This document shows positions 37,793-47,469 of a stretch of DNA of 64,000 bases, one piece after another. Source of the DNA: Acidobacteria bacterium UBA6911. GTDB lineage: Bacteria; Acidobacteriota; UBA6911; RPQK01; JAJDTT01. A program made the translations under genes and the position numbers. Position 1 is the first letter of the stretch. Every line of letters starts with the position of its first letter. Below the pieces are notes generated by a model. The model was given only the letters and a program-made list of their open reading frames with translations, was not told where the DNA came from and did not search any database. Location: positions 19,056 to 83,055 of the forward strand of contig CAUZIZ010000001.1 of the NCBI GenBank assembly GCA_963579905.1, given 5' to 3'.

Positions 37793-39181
37793 CTAGTACG
37801 TTGGAACCGCCTTCAGAACCGTCTCGGGGGCGCAGGTTCGGCCGCTGCGAATCACGAGCTCGATCTTGCGAGTGTTACGGATGTCCGCGGTTGGGTCCGC
37901 GGTGAGGATCACGAGATCTGCCAATTTCCCGACCTCGATGCTGCCCAGATGATCCGCCTGATTGAGGACTCGTGCGTTCTGGAGTGTGGCGGACTGAATC
38001 GCGGCCGCAGGCGTGAGACCCGATTCGACTAGCATCTCCAACTCCTGGTGCAGCGAGAAGCCCGGTGGAACGTAGGGTTCCGGTGTATCAGTGCCTACCA
38101 GAATCGGTACGCCTCGACGGTGCAACATCCCTGTCAGTTCCTGATACTTGCGAACCTCCTGTCGGCGCAACGCTCGTGTCTCGAGGGGTAGGTTGCTCTT
38201 CGTACGGTACTGGTTCCAGTATCGCAGCATCCGTTTAGGCACGTGCGCCAGATCTGGACTTTGGTGAACTTCCTCCAGGTCATTCAAATAGATCATGTTC
38301 CGGAACACCACCAGGGTCGGGTCCACGGCCACCTTGGATTCAGCTAGTGCGGTGACGAGGGCCTGGCATTGGGGGTTAGCCAGATCCAGATTCGCTCGGT
38401 GGTCGGGTTGCTCCTTCACCGCTTCGGGGATGCAGTAGTTGAATACGGACCAGATGTGCTCAAGGCAGTCGATCCCATCCGTCACCGCATCCTGTGCAGA
38501 GTAGCGACCCAGGTGCCCAGCGACCTTCATGCCGCGACGGTGTCCCTCTTTGATGACCTCCTGGCCAATGCTTCGCGGTGTCCCGACATAGATCTTCAGC
38601 GTGGTGACGCTCCAGCCTGCCATGTCTTCCACGAACCCGGCTACCTGCGCTGGATCGGAAATAGCGTGGCCTACATCGCGATGGTGGGGAGGTTCACTGT
38701 CGATGAGCGGACTGGCCAGGAATACGCGCGGGCACAACTCTGGATGCGCTGCCGCGTAGTTCGCTACGCCTGCTTCGGCGACGATGGCGTCGCCGGCGCT
38801 GCGCACCGCGGTCACCCCGTTAGCGAGGAAAAGCGGCAGGAACTCGTCGCCGGTGACCCGGCTGCGATCGGCCAGGTGCACGAGATGGACGTGGGCGTCG
38901 ATGAGACCGGGAATCACGTATTTTCCGCTAGCATCGATGCGCTGTGCGCCGCCCGGAATCGATAGAGACAGCTCCGGGCTCCCGATCGCCCGGATCCGGT
39001 CGCCCTCGACCACGATAGTCCGATCCTCTAGCATCCTGCCCGATGTGGAGTCGAAGACGGACGCCCCCTGGATCACGAGGGTCTGAACCTCAGCTGAGGT
39101 GACGATTTGTGGACCGAGGAGAAGGATTGCAGTCGACGCGATCACCAAGTGCACGACGCAAGCCCTTGCCCGGGGCACCAA
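37793..39181 (-). CDS. Secreted amidohydrolase family protein (metal-dependent hydrolase)
   Basis: Signal peptide, then GLIDAHVHL metal-binding motif and a later HxH/D region. 462 aa. Confidence 0.75.
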   Translation of the reverse strand: MVPRARACVVHLVIASTAILLLGPQIVTSAEVQTLVIQGASVFDSTSGRMLEDRTIVVEGDRIRAIGSPELSLSIPGGAQRIDASGKYVIPGLIDAHVHLVHLADRSRVTGDEFLPLFLANGVTAVRSAGDAIVAEAGVANYAAAHPELCPRVFLASPLIDSEPPHHRDVGHAISDPAQVAGFVEDMAGWSVTTLKIYVGTPRSIGQEVIKEGHRRGMKVAGHLGRYSAQDAVTDGIDCLEHIWSVFNYCIPEAVKEQPDHRANLDLANPQCQALVTALAESKVAVDPTLVVFRNMIYLNDLEEVHQSPDLAHVPKRMLRYWNQYRTKSNLPLETRALRRQEVRKYQELTGMLHRRGVPILVGTDTPEPYVPPGFSLHQELEMLVESGLTPAAAIQSATLQNARVLNQADHLGSIEVGKLADLVILTADPTADIRNTRKIELVIRSGRTCAPETVLKAVPTY

Positions 39182-39251
39182 CCTGAACCTCCTCCGTAAA
39201 GCCAGAGTCAGTCTCTTTCGGATTCCATCCTGGCGAACTTGTTTCAGGGTC

Positions 39252-40700
39252 TCAACTCCCTTCCGGTTGCAGCCACCGCGCGATTTCTTGTGATGCTATC
39301 TCGATAACCCGTTCCAGTGTTCCCGGTTCGAGCAGGGCAATGGACTCCTGGTAGATCCCCTTCCCGTAAAGATCCCGAGGGGGGAGATAACCGGGCAGCC
39401 ACCCCTCGATCAGGGTGGTGACCAGGATCGGGGTCTGGGGAAAACGGCTGCGCAGCTCTTGCTGCAAAAGACTGTAGGGTTCGCCCTCGATTGAAAGCCA
39501 GAAAGCGTCTCCCAGGTGCCACAAGACCATCCGGTAGGGGTACTTTCCGAGGGGAAGTTGAGAGAGACGGGCCTGTCGCCGCCGCGCTCGCTCGGCGCTG
39601 GCACGCAGCTGCTGCTCCTTGACCGGGTCGTCGCCGCTTTGGGCCTGTTGCTCCGCCTCCTCTAATCCAACTAGCTCAGAATTCGCGCTATCGGCCCTGT
39701 CCAGATCTCCCCGGTAGGGCAGCTCGACCGTCCAGGAACGGCTCCGCCAGCGGCTCTTCGAAAGTCTCTCTGACTCTTCCAGAGACTCATGGCCCCACTC
39801 ACCGAGAGTAGCTCCCGATTCCACCGGACCTCGATAGCGCATCCGTGTAGCAGGGGGTGGCAGAGATTCCAACGCAGAGAGTGCGGCGTAACCGAGCTGT
39901 CGTCCATTGGCATCAGCCACCGCGGGATCCCCGACGAATCCGTTGCGTGGCCCCAGGTCTCCCGACGCTCCTTGCAGAAACACGCAAGGTACACCGGTCG
40001 CCAGCTCTACCACTTCGCGCATTGCTCCAGGATAATCGGGGCTGATCTCGTTGTTCTTCCAAGCCAGAGTCGTGGGATGACAGGCGTAGTTCACCAGGGT
40101 TGCCAGCAGGTCGCCTCGGCCGTTGTTGACACGAGCCAGCCAGACCGTCTGATCTGCTGCCTGGTGAGGATTGAAGCCGCAGACGAACCTGTGTCGCTCC
40201 TCGTCCCAGAAATCCCGGTGTGTGGCAAGGGAGCAGGTTCCCGCAGCGTAGGCGATGGTTGCGGGCCGCATCAAGTCTAGCGCCTCCTGCACAGCATCTG
40301 TGACCTCTTCGATCAGTTCCTGCATGTAGGGAAGCATCATCTCCCCCCCCGGAAGCTGATGCCGGCCAAGGTCCAATAGGCCAGCGGCATGAGTGTGGGA
40401 GAAGGTGACCACGAGATCCTGGGGTAGGATGGACGCCGCCAGGCAGACGCGTTCCTTCAGTCGGGTCATCTCCGGGCTCATGAGGAGACAGTGATCGATC
40501 GCGACGAGGACGCAGCGGGAGTTCTCGTCTGCGCCCGCCTGTAGTGCAACCGCCGTGGTCGTCAGCGGTCGGTGGATTCCCGTTGAACGATCATGCGTCG
40601 CTGCACCCCACATCCGGTGGTACATTCCTATCGGGGGAGTGATGTCACGCCGCGCGATGCCAAAGCAGCAGATCGTCTGGGGAGTGTCAAAGTGAGTCAT
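39252..40700 (-). CDS. Neutral/alkaline ceramidase-like hydrolase
   Basis: N-terminal block GIARRDITPPIGMYHRMWGAA...GIHRPL resembles the ceramidase_alk N-terminal domain (G.A..DITPP.G..M.GY). 482 aa. Confidence 0.5.
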   Translation of the reverse strand: MTHFDTPQTICCFGIARRDITPPIGMYHRMWGAATHDRSTGIHRPLTTTAVALQAGADENSRCVLVAIDHCLLMSPEMTRLKERVCLAASILPQDLVVTFSHTHAAGLLDLGRHQLPGGEMMLPYMQELIEEVTDAVQEALDLMRPATIAYAAGTCSLATHRDFWDEERHRFVCGFNPHQAADQTVWLARVNNGRGDLLATLVNYACHPTTLAWKNNEISPDYPGAMREVVELATGVPCVFLQGASGDLGPRNGFVGDPAVADANGRQLGYAALSALESLPPPATRMRYRGPVESGATLGEWGHESLEESERLSKSRWRSRSWTVELPYRGDLDRADSANSELVGLEEAEQQAQSGDDPVKEQQLRASAERARRRQARLSQLPLGKYPYRMVLWHLGDAFWLSIEGEPYSLLQQELRSRFPQTPILVTTLIEGWLPGYLPPRDLYGKGIYQESIALLEPGTLERVIEIASQEIARWLQPEGS

Positions 40701-40721
40701 GTGATCTAACCGTGCCAGTGG

Positions 40722-41771
40722 CTATAAATCTTCCAGGTCCAGCCCCGACAACAACTTCGCCGCCTGCCCTCGCTTAGCAGGATCGGGATCGCGCGCGATG
40801 ATCCGCTCAAGGATCGATCGTGAGTCCGGGTCGCCCTGGGCTGCCAGTTCGAGTCCCATCTGATCCCGTCGCTCGAAATAGCTGGCATCGAAGGTCTCGA
40901 TCCGTAACTCCCATTGGCGCCAGTAGTATTTCAGGGGATCGGCAGCTGGCCAGTCAGCGTAGATTGCTTCCCACGAGTGCCTCCGGTCGTGGGGCTTGAG
41001 GCTGTCGGCAGTGATGGGATCGGACACCCTCTGATAGCGGCCGTCAATGGAAAGACGGAGTCGGTCCCCCCGGTTGGGGAGCCCCTTGTGTACGACCATG
41101 CTGTGGAAGATGATCACGTCGCCCTGCTCAATGGGACTGTTCACCCACGCGTTTTCGAGCGGTTCGGTCACCGCTAATCCTCCGGCCCCCAGGGAGGGAC
41201 GAAAATCATAAACGCCTCCTCGATGGGAGCCGGCGGCGATCTGAAGCCCCCCCATCTCGGCCGCAAGGCTGCTCAAAGGAATCCAGGCCGTGTAGGTCTC
41301 TTGCGTCCCCTGAATGTTGATGAAGTCCTGGTGCGGTGGCGTCGTGTATTCGTCCCGCTGCGGAAAGATCACGCGCCCGATCAGCCGCGGATGGGGGATG
41401 ACGCCCCCCCCCAACATGCGCTCCAGAAACCGCAGCAGATTGGGATGCTGCTGGAGGGCGTGGAAGGAACGGAGCCGGTAGACCTCGTGCAAAACATCCA
41501 TGTAGGCATCTTGGGGTTCGACGTAAAAAGCGTCCGGATCGGCGAGGCCTTCCGCCGGGGAGGAATTCTTTTGCAGCCAGCCCGCTTCCTCAAGCTTAAG
41601 CAGCCACTCCGTCCGCAGACTTTCTAGGTCCCTCTTCGGGAGCACATTCCGGATGAAGAGATAGCCGTCACGTTTCATCCGACGGTAGAGTCCGGTGCCG
41701 CCTGCCAGCAATCCCGTCGAGTCCAGAAAAGGCTTCATTCCCAGATTGTACCCCGGATCAATTGCAGTCAC
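40722..41771 (-). CDS. PhyH-family Fe(II)/2-oxoglutarate dioxygenase
   Basis: HQDFINIQG...AWIPL facial-triad region and C-terminal HKGLPNRGDRLRLS, typical of phytanoyl-CoA dioxygenase-like proteins. Confidence 0.8.
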   Translation of the reverse strand: MTAIDPGYNLGMKPFLDSTGLLAGGTGLYRRMKRDGYLFIRNVLPKRDLESLRTEWLLKLEEAGWLQKNSSPAEGLADPDAFYVEPQDAYMDVLHEVYRLRSFHALQQHPNLLRFLERMLGGGVIPHPRLIGRVIFPQRDEYTTPPHQDFINIQGTQETYTAWIPLSSLAAEMGGLQIAAGSHRGGVYDFRPSLGAGGLAVTEPLENAWVNSPIEQGDVIIFHSMVVHKGLPNRGDRLRLSIDGRYQRVSDPITADSLKPHDRRHSWEAIYADWPAADPLKYYWRQWELRIETFDASYFERRDQMGLELAAQGDPDSRSILERIIARDPDPAKRGQAAKLLSGLDLEDL

Positions 41772-41908
41772 CCAGTGTTCCCTCCGTGCACTCCGGACGT
41801 AGCTTTGACCTCCAGGCCAAAGTATCCTTCATCGTCGAACCGTGGGCTCGACAAAGTAAGGTAGGAGCAAAAGGGCCTGCCCTAACCTTGTGCCTGGAAG
41901 GACGAAAC

Positions 41909-43382
41909 ATGGACACCAGTCCGTTTACTGCCGTTGACTACTTGGTCGTCGTGTCCTACCTGCTCCTGGTGGTAGTAGCCGGAAGCTGGATGGGTAAAGG
42001 CCAGTCGACGGTCGCGGACTATTTCCTGGCGGGCCGGAAGATGAACTGGTTCGTGGTCTGCGTCTCTGTTGCAGCGACGGATCTCAGCGCCATCTCCTTC
42101 ACGGGGGTGCCGGCCTGGCTCTATGCCAAAGATCTGAAGTACACCATGGGCGTCTTTCTGCTGCCCTTCATCCTATTGTTTGTCCTGTTCTACTTCATGC
42201 GCGTCTTCCACCGGCTCAAAGTCTTCACTACCTATGAGTACCTGTGCGTACCTGGAACATCGTTTCCACCCCGTGGCTCGAACGCTAACCTCCCTGCTGT
42301 TTCTAGGCCAGCGGGGAGCCTGGCTAGCCACCGTGAGTGGATTTCCGGTACTGGACTGTATCGCAACGGTAGGATCCCTGGCCACCCTCTACACCGTATT
42401 GGGTGGAATGAAGGCCGTTGTCTGGACCGACTTCGTCCAGTTCATCGTCCTGGCCGGCGGCCTGCTTCTGATGATCGGCCTCCTGATGTCCTTCTTCTCC
42501 TGGGACGCCGGGGCCGTCTGGAGCCGTGCCGGAGAGCTGACTGCACCTGTCACCGGAGGTCCCCATACCCGCCTCGTCGACTGGTCCCTGGATCTGGGCA
42601 CGGAGGCCACGGTCTGGTCGGTCCTCTTTTTCATGTCCTTTTACCTGGTCGGAACTCAAGGGACCGATCAGGTAAACGTTCAGCGGTATCTCGCCGTCGG
42701 CAGCTTTCGATCCATGGCCAAATCGGTTATCGGTTCCGGCTTCGTCATCATGAGCATGATTCTTCTGCTGGCTTGGTTGGGACTACTGTTGGTGGTTTAC
42801 TACGACCGTCACCCTCGACTAGCCGCCCAGGTCACCCGAGCTGATATGACCGTTCCCCATTTTGTGGCGAATGTTCTCCCGGAGGGGATTTGGGGTCTCA
42901 TCCTGGCGGCGCTTCTGGCCGCCACCATGTCGAGTGTCGATTCGGCACTGAATTCCTTCGCCGCGGTCGGCGTCATGGACCTTTACCGCAGACATGTTCC
43001 AAAGAGGGCAAGCGCGGAGGCGCACCTGCTGCGAATGGGGCGTCAGATCACTCTGATAACGGGTGCTCTGGCCACCCTGGCGGCAGTCGGTGTGCGCACT
43101 ATGCAGTCGACGGTGATCCAGACGGTGCACAGCCTGGCGTCCACTTTCGTGGGGCCGATCACCGGAATGTTTTTCCTGGGGGTCCTGACCAGCAGAGTCC
43201 GGGTACAGAGTATGTTGGTGGGTGCTTTTCTGGGTCTGGTAACTCCCGTCACCATCGCCTGGACACCCGCCGGACAGGACATCCACTGGATGTGGACCGC
43301 TCCGTCCAGTTCGATCGTGACGTTTGTGACAGGCTATACTCTCAGCCTGGTTTTAGACCCAAGCCGACCGGATTCAACTTGA
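41909..43382 (+). pseudogene. Sodium:solute symporter (SSF) gene disrupted by a +1 frameshift (10-bp tandem duplication)
   Basis: Two ORF-track pieces (41762..42844 and 42180..43382) in different frames. The N-piece ends YEYL and the C-piece starts EHRF, so the conserved SSF block YEYLE.RF is split at 42238-42257, where GTACCTG occurs twice (gtacctgTGCgtacctgGAA). Confidence 0.75.
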
Positions 43383-43471
43383 AGAGTCTCCCTTGAAAAG
43401 AGGAACACGCAGTCCCTGGGTAGGAGAACGACGGCGTAACCTATCCGGCCCACCCATTCGGCGGTGTGTCT

Positions 43472-43579
43472 CTATTTGTTCTTCTTCTCTCGTTTCGCTT
43501 TTTTCTTTTCCTTCGGGCTAAGCTGGGCCTTCTTCTGTTGTTCCCTTTTGCCTTTGTCCTTGCTTCCCTTGTCACCCAT
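43472..43579 (-). CDS. Candidate lysine-rich 35-aa protein
   Basis: MGDKGSKDKGKREQQKKAQLSPKEKKKAKREKKNK. A GGAG lies 8 nt upstream of the ATG. A TTGACA-17 nt-TTCAAT sigma70-like promoter sits upstream on the minus strand. Local GC is lower than the surroundings. The longer 161-aa ORF-track version is rejected. Confidence 0.3.
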   Translation of the reverse strand: MGDKGSKDKGKREQQKKAQLSPKEKKKAKREKKNK

Positions 43580-43640
43580 ATCTGTTACTCCATGATTGAA
43601 AACTATTTCCCTAACCTTGTCAGATCGGCCTGACGTTTTC
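43580..43640 (-). promoter_or_regulatory. Candidate sigma70-type promoter for the lysine-rich small ORF
   Basis: Minus-strand TTGACA aggttagggaaatagtt TTCAAT with 17-nt spacing, about 15 nt upstream of GGAG-ATG. Confidence 0.3.
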
Positions 43641-43961
43641 GGCACCAAGGAAACCAGTGATCTATCTGACGCGCTGGGCGGGGGCGGTGCATACTCCATC
43701 CGAACGCCCTGGGAGCCGTCGAGCCCGGCGCGTCCTAGTCCCGCCCCCAGGAAGCCCCGGCCGCATCCGAGCAAGAACCTCTCTCCTACTTCTGAGTTCA
43801 TCGCCTGAACAGAAGGTTTTACTGCAGCTAACCCTATCCAGGAGTCCGCTTCAGCGGGCTCAAGTCTCACCTCACCCCGATACGCGGCCCCAAAAGAGGG
43901 TGTCGCAAAAGCCCACATCAGAATCCACGACGCTAAGGGAGCAGGTCTAGCTGCCATTTAT

Positions 43962-44459
43962 GTGATGGGCCCTTCATTCCTACTACAGAGCCTCGACTCG
44001 GGAATCAACTCTATTTCCTCGGTAGTAATCGGAGACTACTACCGCCGACTCAGAAAGGTAGCTTCTGGGGCCGGACAGGAACTGCGGTTGGCCCGGCTAG
44101 CTACGGTGGCTGCAAGTGCGGCCGCCACTCTCATCTGCTTTCTGCTGCACGCGATTCCCGCGGACCAGCGCGGTAACCTCTTCGACGTCACGGGCAGAAT
44201 AACCAGCTCCCTGATCGGAAGCCTCGGCGGACTCATGCTTATCGCAATTCTGGAGCTCCGATGCAGCGGCAGAGCCGCCCGTTCCAGCTCCCTCTGTGGT
44301 ATGGCTGTGGTCCTCATCTGGGCACAGGGACACTGGATATTTGGCCTTCCCGAACTGGCCTGGATGTGGGTCATTCCTGTCTCTACCGTGGTGACAGTGG
44401 GCGCCGGTGCAATCTTTTCTCAGGTAGGTGAGCCGCAGCAAGAAGGGTTCAGGAAATGA
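43962..44459 (+). pseudogene. 3' fragment (C-terminal third) of a second SSF symporter paralog
   Basis: LQSLDSGINSISSVVIGDYYRRLRKV... aligns with MSSVDSALNSFAAVGVMDLYRRHVPK... at residues about 330-480 of the upstream SSF. The N-terminal two-thirds are absent. Confidence 0.55.
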
Positions 44460-45643
44460 TCATCGGCGCCGGTGTCACTCACCCTGATTGGGCAGCCGCC
44501 TGGGGAAACTGGGGGCGTGTCGGAGTACAGAGGATCGTAGACGCCTGTGCCTCTGGAGACATCCGGCAGATCTACTGGAGAGCTGGATGCGGGGCGCGAT
44601 TCTTCTACCCTAGTGCCTTCGAGGAAACCTTCAAAGGGGCGGCACAAGAGGCCTGCGAGGTCCCAGAGTATTGGAAGGTCACACTGGCCCACACCGATTA
44701 CCGGACCTGGGATCTTCTGCGTGAGGCTGTGGACTGCACGCTCAAAGCGGGCCTCCAACCCTGGGTCTGGTACAGCCTCTATGAAGAATCTCATGGCCAG
44801 GTTCCCCTGACTCGATTCGCCCAGGCACATCCAGAGTTCCGGGCAATCGACAGGGATGGACGGAGCCGATCCTCTCGACTCAGCTTTGCCTTTGCCGAGG
44901 TACGGCAGCACAAGCTGGATCTGGTTGAAGAGATGATGGGGTACGGCTTCAAGGGCCTGCTACTCGACTTCGTGCGACAGCTTCCACAAATCGATGAGAA
45001 CCTTCCACCCCAGGTAGATGAAAACGGAGTCTGCCGCTATGGCTATGCGGACGCCGCGCTAGAAAGCTGCCGCCTTCGGCATGGGATAGACCCGAAGCAG
45101 ATCTCAAATGGGGAAGAGTCCTGGGTTCAGCATCGGGTGGGCTACGTCACCCAGTTCATGACGGAGTTGCACGAACGGCGCATCGGCACGGGCTCCGGGT
45201 ATCCCGCCGGAATCCTGGGGCAGCCCGAGAGCCCTCTTAGCCGCACCCTACCCGACTGGCCTCGGTATGTGCACGACGGTCTTTTGGAGGAAACGGATAT
45301 GTGGCGGTCCAGGACCGACGCTCTTCATGGTTCCCTGGTGGACTGGCAGAGCTGGGTTCGCCGGGGCCTGGTGGAGGAGGTCCACGTCATGGTCCCCGAA
45401 TGGAATCTAGCCCAACTGGATCCCCAAACCATCAGACTGGAAACCCAGGCAGCCAGACCACTGGCCGGACCCGACGCTAACATCCTGACCTGTCTCTATT
45501 GCTACAACATGGAGCAATTAGGGTTGGAAAGGGTCGCACCGCGTTTGGAGGCTGGGGCCACTGCTGCGTCCGAGGCTGGAGCAGACGGAGTCGGCCTCTG
45601 GGAATCCACCTCCATCGAAAGTTGGTCTGGCTGGGACAAGTAG
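44456..45643 (+). CDS. GHL10-like TIM-barrel protein, paralog 2
   Basis: Paralogous to the 33909 and 47470 ORFs (HPDW, GLQPWVWY, FKGLLLDFVRQ blocks). 395 aa. No signal peptide. Confidence 0.55.
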   Translation: MIIGAGVTHPDWAAAWGNWGRVGVQRIVDACASGDIRQIYWRAGCGARFFYPSAFEETFKGAAQEACEVPEYWKVTLAHTDYRTWDLLREAVDCTLKAGLQPWVWYSLYEESHGQVPLTRFAQAHPEFRAIDRDGRSRSSRLSFAFAEVRQHKLDLVEEMMGYGFKGLLLDFVRQLPQIDENLPPQVDENGVCRYGYADAALESCRLRHGIDPKQISNGEESWVQHRVGYVTQFMTELHERRIGTGSGYPAGILGQPESPLSRTLPDWPRYVHDGLLEETDMWRSRTDALHGSLVDWQSWVRRGLVEEVHVMVPEWNLAQLDPQTIRLETQAARPLAGPDANILTCLYCYNMEQLGLERVAPRLEAGATAASEAGADGVGLWESTSIESWSGWDK

Positions 45644-45832
45644 CTGCCCTCGGGGCTCTGGGCCACGGTGGCGAGACTTTCACGCATGGAGTGATCCGTC
45701 CGAGCGGCTCGAATCGTTAATTGTTGATCCTTTTGGGCTCGTAGGATAAGCTAGGCGAATCGGACCTTCAATCGCGCTCGGAACGGTATTGGATCGCCGT
45801 TCTGCAAGAATAACACTCCGAGGAGGACTAAG

Positions 45833-47152
45833 ATGAGCAAATCTTCAATCAGCAGGCGTTCCTTTCTGACCCGGTCAACCGGGATGGGAGCAGGCTTGGC
45901 CCTGACCGGATTTCCCGCCCCCATCAGCGGCCGGGACGTCAACGACCGTATCAATATCGGTATCGTGGGCCCCGGAGGCCGCGGCACCAGCCTCATGAAG
46001 GAATTCTTCAAACACAACCAGGAGTTCAATGCTGACCTGGTCGCGGTCTGTGACCTTTGGGGCCACCGCCGCGACAAAGCCACAGCCTTCGTTCAGGAGA
46101 ATTCGGGAAAGGCTCCCAAGGTCTACCGCCATCACGAAGAAATCCTGGCAGACAGTGGACTCGATGCCCTGATCATCTCTACTCCCGACCATGCCCATGC
46201 CCAGATCCTCAAGTTGGCGGCTGAGGTTGGTAAGGACGCCTACTGCGAAAAGCCCATGGGCAATGTCCTGGAGGAGGCCAACGCAGCCCTGGACGCGGTG
46301 AAGAAGGCCGGTACCATCGTGCAGATCGGAACCCAGAGGCGCGCCTGGCCCAAGTATCGTCAGGCTGCCAAGATGATCGCCGACGGACTCATCGGCGACG
46401 TGACCAAGCTCGAGATTCAGTGGAATGCCTACAGCCCGTATCGATGGGCCCGAAAAGGGAAGGATTTTTCCTGGATCAAAGAGAGCGATCTGGATTGGAA
46501 CACCTGGCTCATGGGAAAACCGCACCGCCCCTTCGATCCACGAATCTTGCGCTGTTTTCGCCTCTTCAAGGATTTCTCCAGCGGCATCATCGATCAGTGG
46601 ATGACACATGGCATCGACCTGGCCCACATGCTGGGTGGTTTGTCGACTCCCACCAGTGTTGTCGCTCATGGCGGCATCTACCAGTGGAAGGACTGGAGGG
46701 AAAATCCGGATACCCTGGAGACGGCTCTCGAGTATGAAAAGAACGGCAAGAAGCTGATGGCCGTGTATTCCACCAACCTCGTCAACAGCTTCGGAAAAAA
46801 CACGCGGGCACACGGAACCCTCGGTAGTTTCCAAGCCGGTGGCGGTGGAAACTGGATGGATGGCGCGCAGGAAGTCAATGCCGACCCCGATAAGGACTGG
46901 CACTTCACAGGCTCAGGTGTGGATACCGAGGGCAAGTTGGGAGATATGGTTGCCATTCCGGCCGCACCGGGCACCTCGAGCCACATGAACAACTGGCTGG
47001 ACGCGCTTCGGCATAGAGACCCCAAACGCCTCTACTGCAATGCCGAAAACGGCTACAACCACTCCATCGCTTGCATCATGGCAACTGACGCCTACTGGAG
47101 TGGCAGACGTATGACCTTTGACAAGGCCAATAGGACGATCCAGGCAGGCTGA
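45833..47152 (+). CDS. Tat-secreted Gfo/Idh/MocA family oxidoreductase
   Basis: Tat signal SRRSFLTRSTGMGAGLAL, Rossmann fold and CEKP motif. GAGGAGG RBS. 439 aa. Confidence 0.85.
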   Translation: MSKSSISRRSFLTRSTGMGAGLALTGFPAPISGRDVNDRINIGIVGPGGRGTSLMKEFFKHNQEFNADLVAVCDLWGHRRDKATAFVQENSGKAPKVYRHHEEILADSGLDALIISTPDHAHAQILKLAAEVGKDAYCEKPMGNVLEEANAALDAVKKAGTIVQIGTQRRAWPKYRQAAKMIADGLIGDVTKLEIQWNAYSPYRWARKGKDFSWIKESDLDWNTWLMGKPHRPFDPRILRCFRLFKDFSSGIIDQWMTHGIDLAHMLGGLSTPTSVVAHGGIYQWKDWRENPDTLETALEYEKNGKKLMAVYSTNLVNSFGKNTRAHGTLGSFQAGGGGNWMDGAQEVNADPDKDWHFTGSGVDTEGKLGDMVAIPAAPGTSSHMNNWLDALRHRDPKRLYCNAENGYNHSIACIMATDAYWSGRRMTFDKANRTIQAG

Positions 47153-47159
47153 ATCATCA

Positions 47160-47360
47160 CTGTTAGCGGCCGCTCCGAAAGGACCAGAAGGGCCCGGGCG
47201 GCCACTTTCGCCTTGCAGAAACCCTGCAAACTCTTCGGAGTCCGCTCAGACAGAGCCGCGCTCGGCGTGAGCGGCTAGCGATTGGAAGCCAGGTTCCGAG
47301 GAGAGAGCCGGGCAACTCTTCCCCACGCAGTGCCGCAAGATCTCCCCATCCCTGAGCCAC
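47160..47360 (+). repeat. REP-B composite repeat copy f (core only, diverged)
   Basis: CAGACAGAGCCGCGCTCGGCGTGAGCGGCTAGCGATTGGAAGCCAGGTTCCGAGGAGAGAGCCGGGCAACTCTTCCCCACGCAGTGCCGCAAGATCTCCCCATCC. Confidence 0.7.
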
Positions 47361-47469
47361 TGCCCCTTCGTACGTTGCGGCCAGAAAAAAAGAGGTAGAC
47401 TTCAGGGTCCATTGGCCCGACCACGTTGAGTATGGCCGGGAAGAGGCGCCCCTGGACACTCTATCCCGA

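Noticed and set aside
43580-43957. Long form (161 aa) of ORF 43472..43957
   Set aside because: Only the terminal 35 lysine-rich codons have an RBS and promoter. The upstream part is Ala/Gly/Pro-rich filler with no start context.
45875-46903. 342-aa ORF antisense to the Tat-Gfo/Idh/MocA oxidoreductase
   Set aside because: Same reasoning: the sense gene has a Tat signal, Rossmann fold and EKP motif. The antisense translation is featureless.
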